NCBI GenBank assembly: GCA_963710755.1 | Contig: CAVQBK010000005.1 | Coordinates: forward strand, 64,001-128,000 | Direction: 5' to 3' | Source of the DNA: an uncultured bacterium | GTDB taxonomy: Bacteria > Oederibacteriota > JAAXVQ01 > JAUVAV01 | DNA: 64,000 bases | Shown: piece by piece, positions 1-9,903 of the stretch | Layout of the letters: each line of letters starts with the position of its first letter | How positions within the stretch are numbered: the first letter of the stretch is position 1 | Notes under the pieces: model-generated | Seen by the model: the letters and a program-made list of their open reading frames with translations, nothing else | The model's database searches: none | What the model was told of the DNA's origin: nothing | Position numbers and translations under genes: made by a program

Positions 1-147
1 GGTGACATAACCTTTGCGCACCAATACTTCCCCGACTTTTTCCCCTGTGACTTTTTGCTCTTGGAGACATTCTTCCAATTGCTCTTTAGTAATAATGTCT
101 TCATCGAGAAGCATCTCACCAATGCGGTGCCCTTTACTCGTTGCCAT
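1..147 (-). CDS. 5' end of an MshEN-domain protein (probably a PilB/GspE-type ATPase or another c-di-GMP-binding protein); runs off the window edge
   Basis: Not in the ORF track. Manual translation MATSKGHRIGEMLLDEDIITKEQLEECLQEQKVTGEKVGEVLVRKGYVT matches the tandem RLGxxL(L/V)xxxxIxxxxLxxxLxxQ MshEN motif; RBS AGGAGG just upstream. Confidence 0.8.
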   Translation of the reverse strand, partial: MATSKGHRIGEMLLDEDIITKEQLEECLQEQKVTGEKVGEVLVRKGYVT

Positions 148-308
148 GTGCTTTCCTCCTCTGTCGGCGGGGAAAATGAATGGTTTGTCCCAACTACTTT
201 TCAGCATGGAGTCAAACCAATAGTTGACCTCTCATACACCAGACTCATAGGCCAAACGTTTGCCGGTAATACCAAAGAACCGGCCCGAAACTGGCCCCAG
301 GTTATGTT

Positions 309-2015
309 CTAGCTGCCAAACAATCCAAACAGACCTTTTTTCTTATCCTGCTTTTTAACTTCGCCTTCGTCCGGGTGCTCGGGATTTTCCACTTCCTGAT
401 AATCCACGGACTGCCCTTTTTCAAAGGTTTTGTGCTTGGTGGGATCGTGGCGCTCCGGCATTTTCATTTCTGCTTGTTCTTTGGAACTGCGGTTGATCTC
501 CGCTTCCGTCAAGCCTGAGTTGGGTGTGATTTTAATAGCCTGTTCCTTGCCAGTCCCCAGATCGGTAGCCGAAACCCGGACAATGCCATTGGCATCCACA
601 TCAAAAGCCACCTCAATTTGAGGAACTTCCCTGGGGGCCGGAGGAATGCCGACCAAGTCAAAGGTACCGATTAGTTTATTGTCGGCGGCCATGGGTTTTT
701 CACCCTGGTAAACCTGAATACGCACAAAAGTTTGGTTATCTTTGGCTGTAGAAAATATTTCACTCTTGCGCACGGGGATGGTGGAATTTTTCTCTATGAT
801 TTTTGACATCATACCGCCTTCGGTCCTAATTCCGAGAGAGAAAGGGGTGACGTCAAGCAGGAGAATGTCGCGAATATTGCCTTTGAGCACTGAAGCCTGA
901 ATGGCCGCCCCGGCTGCAACAGTCTCATCCGGATTTACGCCGGGATAGGGATCCTTGCCGAATAATCGTTTGACCACTTCCTGAACCTTGAGCATGCGGG
1001 TGCTGCCGCCTACCAATACCACTTCATCGATATCATTGGGCCGCAAGCCGGCATCTTTTAGGGCTTCTTCACAAGGTGCAATGGTAGCCTGAACCAAATC
1101 CTTGGTCAGGTCCTCAAATTTGGCTCGCGTCAATTTGGCGTTCAAATGTTTGGGTCCGCCGCTGTCATTGGCAATAAACGGCAGCGTGATTTCCGTCACC
1201 GTCTTCTCCGACAATTCACACTTGGCTTTTTCCGCGGCTTCCTTGAGACGCTGCAGGGCAATACGATCTTCGCGCAAGTCCACTTTTTCCTGTTTTTTAA
1301 ATTCCACGATCAGCCAATCAATGATTTTTTGATCAAAATCATCGCCACCGAGATGGGTGTCCCCGGAGGATGCTTTGACCTCAAATACGCCGTTGCCCAA
1401 TTCCAATATACTGATATCAAAGGTACCGCCGCCAAGGTCATAAATGGCGATTTTGCGCTTGGTTTTCCGGTCAAACCCGGAAGCCAGAGACGCCGCTGTA
1501 GGTTCATTGATAATGCGCAGCACGTCCAGACCGGCAATTTTACCGGCATCCTTGGTTGCTTGACGCTGACTGTCATTGAAATAGGCAGGACAGGTGATGA
1601 CAGCTTTTTCTATTTTTTCTCCCAGAAATTTTTCCGCGTCCTGCTTGATTTTCCGCAGGATCATGGCCGATATTTCGGGAGGTGAATAAACTTTTTCCCT
1701 CACGGTTACCCGCACGTCGCCATTAGAAGCTGCCGTCAATTGATAGGGCATCAATTCAATATCTTTTTGCACCACCGGGTCATCCAATTTCAACCCCATA
1801 AAGCGTTTGACGGAATAGACGGTGGATTCAGGATTGATCACCTCTTGTCTCTTGGCCTGTTCGCCCACCATCAATTCTCCGTCTTTCATGATACTGACCA
1901 CCGACGGTGTAGTACGCATACCTTCCACATTGGGGATAATGATTAACTCATTATCCTGCATAATGGCCGCACAGGAATTGGTTGTTCCCAAATCAATACC
2001 GATGATCTTAGACAT
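309..2015 (-). CDS. Hsp70/DnaK paralogue with truncated C-terminal lid
   Basis: [26 protein letters not shown] and DILLLDV linker; SBD-beta present; only about 60 aa of non-lid sequence after GLTEAEI. Confidence 0.93.
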   Translation of the reverse strand: MSKIIGIDLGTTNSCAAIMQDNELIIIPNVEGMRTTPSVVSIMKDGELMVGEQAKRQEVINPESTVYSVKRFMGLKLDDPVVQKDIELMPYQLTAASNGDVRVTVREKVYSPPEISAMILRKIKQDAEKFLGEKIEKAVITCPAYFNDSQRQATKDAGKIAGLDVLRIINEPTAASLASGFDRKTKRKIAIYDLGGGTFDISILELGNGVFEVKASSGDTHLGGDDFDQKIIDWLIVEFKKQEKVDLREDRIALQRLKEAAEKAKCELSEKTVTEITLPFIANDSGGPKHLNAKLTRAKFEDLTKDLVQATIAPCEEALKDAGLRPNDIDEVVLVGGSTRMLKVQEVVKRLFGKDPYPGVNPDETVAAGAAIQASVLKGNIRDILLLDVTPFSLGIRTEGGMMSKIIEKNSTIPVRKSEIFSTAKDNQTFVRIQVYQGEKPMAADNKLIGTFDLVGIPPAPREVPQIEVAFDVDANGIVRVSATDLGTGKEQAIKITPNSGLTEAEINRSSKEQAEMKMPERHDPTKHKTFEKGQSVDYQEVENPEHPDEGEVKKQDKKKGLFGLFGS

Positions 2016-2038
2016 GCCTTCCGCCTTTCTATATCGAC

Positions 2039-2581
2039 TTACTTTTTCAACAAATCAGCCAACCGGCGCAAAGTGCGCACAATCTCCTGATCTTTGGGAA
2101 GTAGTTCTTTCACTTTTTCAAATTGTTTTTTGGCTTCAGGAAATTTCCTCATATCCACAAAACACAACCCCATGTTGTAATGCGCCTCCGGAAATTTGGG
2201 ATATTGGTTGAGGGCTTCCTGGAATTTTTCCAAGGCCTTGCCTTTTTGCTTGGCATAGAGGGCCACGCCTGCTCCAAAATACTGCCGGGCCAGTTCAAAG
2301 GCTTTTTTTTGTTTGCCCTGGAAAAACATGAATTTCCGCTCTACCGTCTTCTTTTTTAAAGGGCAATAAATCTGAAAGTTATGAATTTTCCTTTTCTCCG
2401 GATTTGACAACCATTGATAAGCTTCCACCACTTTAGACGTCATCTCATGGGCCCACTGAGCCCGGTCCGGATTGTGATCAGGGTGGTATTTATAGAGCAG
2501 CATACGGTAATTGGTCTCTATCTCCTCAGTCGTGGCGGCGGGATAGACCTCCAGGATTTCATAATAGTTTTGATCGCTCAC
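2039..2581 (-). CDS. J-domain plus TPR co-chaperone
   Basis: N-terminal NYYEILEV...KYHPDHNP (HPD motif); C-terminal TPRs ([22 protein letters not shown]). Confidence 0.9.
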   Translation of the reverse strand: MSDQNYYEILEVYPAATTEEIETNYRMLLYKYHPDHNPDRAQWAHEMTSKVVEAYQWLSNPEKRKIHNFQIYCPLKKKTVERKFMFFQGKQKKAFELARQYFGAGVALYAKQKGKALEKFQEALNQYPKFPEAHYNMGLCFVDMRKFPEAKKQFEKVKELLPKDQEIVRTLRRLADLLKK

Positions 2582-2642
2582 TGTCCTTACCTCAACTTTA
2601 TTAGATGGACCTTAGCTGCTGCTTCACTTCCAATATTATAAT

Positions 2643-4103
2643 TTAAAACTTGGTCCCTGTGATTCTAAAGACCGTCAGGTTCTCACCGGTATTGGGCATC
2701 TGCAAGTCTTCGACTTTCTCCGCCCGAATCAAATTTTCAACCCGCCGGTAAATGTCCCCGGCCACCATAACCACGGAAAATGGTTGATTGCTCATTTTTT
2801 GCGTAAAGCCCAGATAATCGCGGATCACTTCCGAAGGACCCAGCCCTTTGGGAGTTACATGCGCACCGGCAGCTTCACCGGAAGCCACCCCCAAGGACAC
2901 ATAAATGGGAAATTCGTTGCGTGCCACCCTGGTTTTATTGATCTTGGCCAATTCCTTTTGCATCTGAACAGCCGTTAGAATGGCTCGCCGTTCTTCGTCA
3001 TCGTGAGCACTATCCAGACCAAAGACCACCATAAACACATTGTTGTCAAATTTATAAACCTGACCTTCATACTCAAACAGGGTGGACACGAATTTCCGAA
3101 AATACATGATCAAGGCATCGGAAAAACTGGCCGCATCCTGGGTGGTGCTCAACTGGGCCACCTGGGTCAGATCGGCAAACACAATAGCCACAGGATGACG
3201 ATTGGCCTGGTGCTCATGCTGCATCAAGGCACTGGTATCCACGAAGCGTTCCTGGGCTTCCCGGCAAACATAATTTTCAAAAGATTCCTTGATTTTTTCA
3301 ACTTCCTTCAGTTCGTCGGCCACCACATCAAAGGCATCCTTAATGCGCACTTTTTCCTTCAGATCCTGCACCATCATATTGAAACTATTAGTTAACATCC
3401 CGATTTCATCGCGGCTCCTGGCCACAGCTGTAACGCCCAAATCCCCTTTGGCCACCTTGGCCATGGCTTCTGTCAATTCCCCAATAGGTTTGGTCACTGT
3501 CCGGGAAAGCCAGACGGCTCCACCGAATCCGAGGGCAATCATTACCAGAGTCAACAGGATATTGCGCATCTTGGCCAGCATAATCTCACGCTGCAAGGCC
3601 TTGAGGGAAAAACGCAGGTTGACCGTAGCCACCCGGGCATCGTCGACAATGATCTCGCCGGCAATGCGTGCCGTGTCTCCTGGCGTAAACGCGTGATTGG
3701 CAACCTTGACCAGGGATGCTTCCGATTCATCCAGACCTTCCAAGCTGGCATCGGTTTCCGCGATGCTGGCGGGATTCAAGGTGAAGGCTTTGATGCGGTC
3801 GGCATTATCAATAATGGAAATATAGAGAATATTGGCATCCAGATTACGAACGACTTTGATAAATTCTTTGAAGATAGGCCAATCCACCTGTTCTCCAGCC
3901 AGGGGTTCAATTAACTTAAGAGCTGCGATCATATTGGCCGTATCAGTCATGCGTTTATCCATTTCCGCATATTTCAACTGCTCTTCCTGGTAAATGGAAA
4001 AATAGCTGACCACACCCATGATGATGGCCACCAACGAGATGATTAATAGGGTAATCTTGGCGGCCAACCCGAACTGTGCTTTTTGTTTGGTCTTCTTGGT
4101 CAT
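2643..4103 (-). CDS. Two-TM sensor with HAMP domain and degenerate class III nucleotide cyclase domain
   Basis: Two hydrophobic helices; HAMP (KPIGELTEAMAKVAKGDL...DEIGMLTNSFNMM); cyclase fold motifs IVFADL, KFDNNVFMVVFG, LGVASGE; start placed at ATG after GGAAGG. Confidence 0.82.
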   Translation of the reverse strand: MTKKTKQKAQFGLAAKITLLIISLVAIIMGVVSYFSIYQEEQLKYAEMDKRMTDTANMIAALKLIEPLAGEQVDWPIFKEFIKVVRNLDANILYISIIDNADRIKAFTLNPASIAETDASLEGLDESEASLVKVANHAFTPGDTARIAGEIIVDDARVATVNLRFSLKALQREIMLAKMRNILLTLVMIALGFGGAVWLSRTVTKPIGELTEAMAKVAKGDLGVTAVARSRDEIGMLTNSFNMMVQDLKEKVRIKDAFDVVADELKEVEKIKESFENYVCREAQERFVDTSALMQHEHQANRHPVAIVFADLTQVAQLSTTQDAASFSDALIMYFRKFVSTLFEYEGQVYKFDNNVFMVVFGLDSAHDDEERRAILTAVQMQKELAKINKTRVARNEFPIYVSLGVASGEAAGAHVTPKGLGPSEVIRDYLGFTQKMSNQPFSVVMVAGDIYRRVENLIRAEKVEDLQMPNTGENLTVFRITGTKF

Positions 4104-4117
4104 AGGCCTTCCCAAAT

Positions 4118-5512
4118 TTATTGCAGCATTTTGAATGCATACAGACTGCGGTCACTGGACCCGATAAACAACAACCCATTTTCAATGATGGGCGAAGAAT
4201 TGACAGCCGCTCCGGCTTCATATCTGAATTTTTCCGCGCCATCCTTGCTGCGCAAACCGATGACATTGGCACCCGAACCTACAAATACCATGCCTTCATA
4301 GGCCAGGGGCGATGACAGTATTTTCCCCTTCAGATTGACTTTCCAGCTCAAGGCGCCGGATTTGGCATTAAGGGCATACAAGTACTTGTCATTGGAGCCA
4401 ATATACAAGCGTTTGCCGTCCACACATGGAGCCGAGGAAACCCAGCCATTGGTTGAAAATTTCCACACCAGCTCCCCGGAGTCACTTTTAAGGGCATAAA
4501 CATTTTTATCATCAGAGCCAAAATAGACCAAGCCGCCCACAATGGCAGCGCTGGAAAAAATTTGTTTTTCTGCTTTAAAGCTCCAAACTTCACTGCCATC
4601 AGCGGCATTAAGGGCATAAAATGTGGAACCCAAGGAACCCACATAAATCACCCCTTTATCCACCTTGACACTGGCAGCAACCGATCCATCCAGACGTTTT
4701 TTCCAGAGCATTTTGCCAGAACCGGCATTAAGGGCATAAATCTGTTGATCCATACAACCAATATAGGCCACCCCGCCTACCACAGCCGGTGAGGAGAAAT
4801 TAATCTGACCACCCAAGGTCGATCTCCAAACCCGGTCTCCAGATTTAGCATTAAAACAATAGATAAACCCATCGGTCGAACCAATATAGACTTTATTGGC
4901 CACCACAGCCGGCGAAGAAGTGATAGGACCGCCCGTGGCTTGTTCCCATAACTTCCGGCCATCTTTGGCGTTAAAGGCATAAACACTGCCATCTTGCGAA
5001 CCCACAAAAATCATACCCCCGCCATACGCAGGTGAGCCTTCAATGCCTCCACCGGTTCTGGATTTCCATTCCAGATCCAAAGGTTCATGCAAAGCCGGGC
5101 CATCGGCAGGTTGATTGGCGGGATTTTTTCTAAACATAGCCCACCCGGAAGCCTTGCCCGTGGGGGCTGGTGCGGCTTTGGTTTCTTTGGGCGCGCTCTC
5201 TTTTTCGGGCGCTGCCTGGATTTTTTCCTGGACTGCAGCGATTTCTTTTTCTATCTGCGCCACTTTTTGCTTGGAGGCCCGTCCCCCTTTATTGGCATGG
5301 CGAAGCGCATCCCGCAGCTCCTCTAATTTACGTTGCTGATCGGCAATGATACGTTGTTGTTCAACGGCTTTTTGCTGGGATTGGGCATTACCGGAGACAT
5401 TAAACTGGATTTTGATTTCTTTTTCTTTTGTTGGTTTGCCACAGCCATTTAAAAACCAGGAAAACGATGTAGCAAGGAGTAGCAGAGAAATCGCAGTATA
5501 TCTGTGGAACAT
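4118..5512 (-). CDS. Lipoprotein with coiled coil and PQQ-type (BamB-like) beta-propeller
   Basis: Lipobox FLNGC; about 8 repeats of SSPxxxxGxVYxGSxDxxxYALNAxxGxxxW. Confidence 0.88.
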   Translation of the reverse strand: MFHRYTAISLLLLATSFSWFLNGCGKPTKEKEIKIQFNVSGNAQSQQKAVEQQRIIADQQRKLEELRDALRHANKGGRASKQKVAQIEKEIAAVQEKIQAAPEKESAPKETKAAPAPTGKASGWAMFRKNPANQPADGPALHEPLDLEWKSRTGGGIEGSPAYGGGMIFVGSQDGSVYAFNAKDGRKLWEQATGGPITSSPAVVANKVYIGSTDGFIYCFNAKSGDRVWRSTLGGQINFSSPAVVGGVAYIGCMDQQIYALNAGSGKMLWKKRLDGSVAASVKVDKGVIYVGSLGSTFYALNAADGSEVWSFKAEKQIFSSAAIVGGLVYFGSDDKNVYALKSDSGELVWKFSTNGWVSSAPCVDGKRLYIGSNDKYLYALNAKSGALSWKVNLKGKILSSPLAYEGMVFVGSGANVIGLRSKDGAEKFRYEAGAAVNSSPIIENGLLFIGSSDRSLYAFKMLQ

Positions 5513-5564
5513 AGGGGCCTCCCCAAGGAGTTGATCTACTATAATTGCACAAAAATATTAAAAA

Positions 5565-5594
5565 ATTTTATCACGGGTTAAAATATATTGTCAA
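5565..5594 (-). promoter_or_regulatory. Sigma70-type promoter for the lipoprotein/cyclase/J/Hsp70 cluster
   Basis: TTGACA-18 bp-TAAAAT with extended -10 TG, in an AT-rich spacer. Confidence 0.6.
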
Positions 5595-5800
5595 TGTTCC
5601 CGTAATCTATTACAACCCATTTCTTGTCATCTATTGACAAAATCTTGCTTCAAAACAGTTAACCATATTTTCGTCTTATTTTCTTGGAAATTAAGGAATT
5701 TTTCGGGGCTATGGCCAATAAACATCAATCTCCATCTTGACCATAGCCCCACACAGGCTAAAAACGGTAAGGACTATTCAGGCTGGCAGCAACAGAGTAT

Positions 5801-8800
5801 TTAATTCAATGACGCATTCTCAGCAATAGCTGCCGATTCGGGTGGATTACTGGCGACTTCGTCCCCCTTGAATTTAACGGAGATTAGCTTGGAAACACCG
5901 GATTCCTGCATGGTAACCCCATAGAGCACTTGAGCCGTTTCCATGGTGATCTTGTTGTGGGTAATCACGATAAATTGTGATTTTTCAGCAAATTCCTGAA
6001 GAATCCTACAGAAGCGAGCTGTATTGGTATCATCCAAAGGTGCATCCATTTCATCAAAAATACAAAAAGGACTGGGCTTAATCAGGAAGATAGAAAACAA
6101 CAGGGCAATAGCTGTCAAGGCCTTCTCCCCGCCGGAAAGGAGCGAGATGTTCTGTAACCTTTTCCCCGGAGGACGAGCGATGATTTCAATGCCCGTTTCC
6201 AGTAGATTGCTTTCATCCACCAAAATAAGGTCCGCGTCTCCGCCATTAAAGAGTCGACGGAATACTTCCTTAAATTCCTTGCGCACCAATTCAAAGGTTT
6301 CGGCAAATCGAGCCCGGCTTTCATGGTTGATTTTATTGATCAACCGTTGCAGCGTGTCCTTGGCCTCTTTTAAATCCTCCAACTGTTTGGATAAAAATTC
6401 ATAGCGTTCCTGCAATTCATCATATTCTTCCATGGCGACCAAATTCACCGAACCCATGGCGCCCAATTTTTGTTTCAATTCTTTGATACGTTCCTGAATT
6501 TGTTGGGGATCTTCCGGTTCTTCATCCACAGCAGGTTCTTCATCCAGGCTGAGGTTCAATTTATATTCATCGACCAAATAATTTTCCAGGGATTCAAGAT
6601 TAAGTTTGAGCTGCGTTTTTTGCAATTCCAACTGATGCAGGGTCTTGTGAACCGAATCCAGAGAAAGGCGAACATTTTTAATGGTTTGTTCATATTCCTG
6701 GCGCTTTTGCGCCAATTGTTGACGCTGCGCCTGCATGTCCTGAAGATTGTGCTCGCGCACAGCCTTTTGTTCCTGAAGCTGAACCAGGATTTCTTGTTTT
6801 TCTTGTACTTGGTGGGCCAGTTCCTCGAGTTTGCCCTGATCGCGGCCAATGCTTTCTTCTTTGTCCTGCAACTGTATTACCACATCTTCTAATTCCTGCT
6901 GTATGCGAGCGGTCTCAGCTTCCAGGGCCGTGGCTTGCTGCTCCAGGGAGGCTGCGGTTACTCTCAATTCTCCTGCTTGCAGGGAACGCTCATCATATTC
7001 ACGCCGGCAGCTTTCAATGCCAAGTTGATTAACCGATAACTCTTCCTGGGTCTGCTTGTCCGTAAGTTCCAGATTACCCAATTGTTGCGCCACCTGATCA
7101 TGCTGCGCCAGCGTTTGCTGCAGATCCTGCTGAAATTGTTCTTTTTCCTTTTGCGTTTCCTGCAACTGTCGCTCCACATCCTGTAATTGCAGAGTGATAT
7201 TTTCGAGCATCTTTTCCATTTGAGCTTTTTTGATTTGTTGCTCATGCACGGCCGCCTGGTTAGCCTGCAGATTGCCGTTAATTTCATCCAATTGGTGCTT
7301 GCCTGTTTCTTCCTCGGATTGAGCCTGAGCCAGATTTTTTTCCAGCAAGGCAATTTCCGATTTCAATTCTTCGATTTCGCGATCCCGTCCCAGCAACCCA
7401 TATTCTGAAAATTCCTTACTGCCGCCGGTAATCCACCCCTGGCTGGTTTCGATCTCTCCATCCAAAGTTACCAAAGTGCAGGTTGCACCGGCCTGGCGGC
7501 ACTGTCGCAGAACTTGCACGTTGTCCACCAACACCACATTCTTCAGAAGATCTTCAAAAACAGCTCGGAATCGTTCATCTATTCTAACTAATTGGGAGGC
7601 CCACCCGAAAACCCCGGCTTGGTTAAACCAGTTGCCCGGCTCAGGCAGGGCTTGAGGTTGTGTGGGAGCACCGGTAAAAGCGGTCATGGGGATAAAAGTG
7701 GCCCGGCCCCGGTTATCCTGAGCCAGAAAAGCCATGGCCTTTCTGGCTTGCTCCGGTGTCTCCACCAGAATATGCTGCAGACGATGTCCTAAAAAAGCCT
7801 CCAGAGCCCGTTCATAAACTTGGTCGGTTCTGATAAAATTAACCAGCGGTCCAATAATACCCGGCAGTTCATCGGGATGAGCATGATGTTCCAACAAGAT
7901 GGATTTGGCTCCCGATTCGTAACCATCAAGCGCATCCTTTAATTCTTCAATCCAGGTTAACCGTGACGACAACTTGGTCAGTGTCTTATTAAAATTATCG
8001 AGCATGTTGGCCAAGGTAGCCAGGGTGTTGGTCAGCTTCTCTTTTTCTTCACCCAGCAGCTGAGCTTCCTGGTTTAAGTCCTGCAGGCTGGCGGCAATGC
8101 CCGCCAAGCCTTCTTCGTGCTGATGCTTTTCATCAAAAGCATCTTTGTTTTGCTCCTGCAAGGTGGTCAGCTGCAAGGAGAGTTTGGCCATTTGCTGTTC
8201 TTTTTCACTGCGCCGTATTTCCAGATTTTTCAGGCTCCCCCGCAGGCTGGACATTTGATCAACAATCTTCAGCAACTGATTCTGCCGGTCCTGCACCTTG
8301 GCGGCTTTTTCCTTAAGTTCGTTCTCCAATTCATTAAGCCGTTCTTCTTTTTGGTTCAGCGCTTCTTTGACATTTTCCAGTTCCTGCTGCTTGTGCACTT
8401 TTTGCACTTCCGCCGTCGATTGTTTATCTGTCAGCGCATCGTTTTTCTGATGTAAGGCCATCTTTTCCGTCTGCAGCCGTTCCAGGCCGACAATCAAGTC
8501 CTGTCGGCGCAATTCAGAAGAGGATATAAAGTCCTCGGTTTTAATCATTTCCTCATGCAAGTGATGAACTGCGGATTGCATGTCTCCCAGTTCTGTTTCT
8601 ACGGTCGACAAATCCTGTATCAAACTGTCCAATTCCGTCTCATAGCTCGACTGATATTTCTCAGACTCATCCAGCTGGGTTCTTTGCTCTTCCCATTGAT
8701 GTTCGATCTTCCTGAGGGCCAGGCGGCGTTCATGCAAGTCGTGGCGGCCCTGCGAGACTTCCAAGGTGGTAAGCTCCTGTTTCAAGTTCTGATAACGCCG

Positions 8801-9436
8801 GGCTTTTTGGACCTGCCTCTCCAGGGAATTAATTTGCCGTTTTACTTCCGCAGCAATGTCATTGACGCGCAGAAAGTTCTGCTCTGTGGAATCAAGTTTG
8901 CGCAGCGATTCATCTTTGCGGGATTTATACTTGGAAATACCTGCGGCTTCTTCGAAGACAAAGCGGCGGTCTGAAGGTTTGGAGGATACGATGAGGTCAA
9001 TTTTACCCTGCTCCAGAATGGAGTAGGCATTACGGCCGATGCCAGTATCCAAAAACAGCTCCTGAATATCACGTAACCGGCAGGTCGCCTTATTGATCAG
9101 ATATTCGCTGTCTCCGGAGCGAAAGGTTCTGCGCGTAATAGTCACTTCATCCTGTTCAATGGGAAGCTGATGATCCTGATTGTCGATGGTAAGCGATACT
9201 TCCGCCATACCCACGGCCTTGCGCTGGTCCGTGCCATTGAAGATCACATCTTCCATTTTACCGCCGCGCAGGGCTTTGGCACTGGTTTCGCCCAAGACCC
9301 AACGTATGGAATCCACCACATTGGACTTACCACAACCATTGGGCCCGATGATGGAGGTTATGCCTTTTTCCAAATCAAGGGAACTGTAATCCACAAAAGA
9401 TTTAAACCCCTGCAATTCCAATTTTTTAAAATACAT
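5801..9436 (-). CDS. smc: Chromosome segregation protein SMC
   Basis: MYFKKLELQGFKSF start, Walker A GPNGCGKSN, hinge, LSGGEKAL signature, FDEMDAPLD; start moved to the ATG after an RBS. Confidence 0.97.
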   Translation of the reverse strand: MYFKKLELQGFKSFVDYSSLDLEKGITSIIGPNGCGKSNVVDSIRWVLGETSAKALRGGKMEDVIFNGTDQRKAVGMAEVSLTIDNQDHQLPIEQDEVTITRRTFRSGDSEYLINKATCRLRDIQELFLDTGIGRNAYSILEQGKIDLIVSSKPSDRRFVFEEAAGISKYKSRKDESLRKLDSTEQNFLRVNDIAAEVKRQINSLERQVQKARRYQNLKQELTTLEVSQGRHDLHERRLALRKIEHQWEEQRTQLDESEKYQSSYETELDSLIQDLSTVETELGDMQSAVHHLHEEMIKTEDFISSSELRRQDLIVGLERLQTEKMALHQKNDALTDKQSTAEVQKVHKQQELENVKEALNQKEERLNELENELKEKAAKVQDRQNQLLKIVDQMSSLRGSLKNLEIRRSEKEQQMAKLSLQLTTLQEQNKDAFDEKHQHEEGLAGIAASLQDLNQEAQLLGEEKEKLTNTLATLANMLDNFNKTLTKLSSRLTWIEELKDALDGYESGAKSILLEHHAHPDELPGIIGPLVNFIRTDQVYERALEAFLGHRLQHILVETPEQARKAMAFLAQDNRGRATFIPMTAFTGAPTQPQALPEPGNWFNQAGVFGWASQLVRIDERFRAVFEDLLKNVVLVDNVQVLRQCRQAGATCTLVTLDGEIETSQGWITGGSKEFSEYGLLGRDREIEELKSEIALLEKNLAQAQSEEETGKHQLDEINGNLQANQAAVHEQQIKKAQMEKMLENITLQLQDVERQLQETQKEKEQFQQDLQQTLAQHDQVAQQLGNLELTDKQTQEELSVNQLGIESCRREYDERSLQAGELRVTAASLEQQATALEAETARIQQELEDVVIQLQDKEESIGRDQGKLEELAHQVQEKQEILVQLQEQKAVREHNLQDMQAQRQQLAQKRQEYEQTIKNVRLSLDSVHKTLHQLELQKTQLKLNLESLENYLVDEYKLNLSLDEEPAVDEEPEDPQQIQERIKELKQKLGAMGSVNLVAMEEYDELQERYEFLSKQLEDLKEAKDTLQRLINKINHESRARFAETFELVRKEFKEVFRRLFNGGDADLILVDESNLLETGIEIIARPPGKRLQNISLLSGGEKALTAIALLFSIFLIKPSPFCIFDEMDAPLDDTNTARFCRILQEFAEKSQFIVITHNKITMETAQVLYGVTMQESGVSKLISVKFKGDEVASNPPESAAIAENASLN

Positions 9437-9523
9437 GGTCCATTCCCCCTTATTGAACGCCCGGCCGCAGGGCCATAACCTAGTGAAGTGAGAAACGATC
9501 GGCATATTGAAAAATCGGTGGTG

Positions 9524-9553
9524 ACTATACCACTTTGTTTTGGCTCCTGTCAA
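9524..9553 (-). promoter_or_regulatory. Sigma70-type promoter of smc
   Basis: TTGACA-18 bp-TATAGT with extended -10 TG. Confidence 0.65.
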
Positions 9554-9572
9554 CCTGGTTTTTTAACCAAAA

Positions 9573-9620
9573 ACACTAAACTTAGGTGTTAAGGCAAACA
9601 GCACATACAATATAGTGTGG
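9573..9620. promoter_or_regulatory. Tandem NrdR-box-like operators
   Basis: ACACTAAACTTAGGTG (9573) and ATACAATATAGTGTGG (9605), 32 bp apart, resemble acaCwAtATaTwGtgt. Confidence 0.5.
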
Positions 9621-9903
9621 TATTTAGAGTGTGCGTCAGCAAAATCTACCCATTTTGCATTGATAGACTTCTTGCTTTATCCTCTAATTGGAAAGGGGTA
9701 TAGTGGGATTTTAGAACTGGTCAATGTGACGTATCCAAGCCGATGCCTTTTCATCAGGTGGTGCGATCTTCCGAAAATCCCGCTCTCATACTCCTTAACC
9801 AAGGAAGACGATCACTGACTGCTCATTTCAAAACAAGTTATCGTGTGCTAACGTTATAGCGTGCTTGCCAGCAGAGGTTTTAAAAGTGGGTTTCAGAAGC
9901 TTA

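Noticed and set aside
4330-4990. Repeated TTAAGGGCATA(A/C)A DNA motif at about 120-bp period, as a possible CRISPR or tandem repeat
   Set aside because: It is the codon signature of YALNA in the 40-aa PQQ propeller blades
5705-5750. GGGGCTATGG...CCATAGCCCC inverted repeat after smc
   Set aside because: Large loop and no U-tract on the smc strand; cannot be called a terminator or ncRNA
9437-9553. N-terminal extension of the smc ORF
   Set aside because: It contains the promoter; conserved SMC sequence starts at MYFKKLEL
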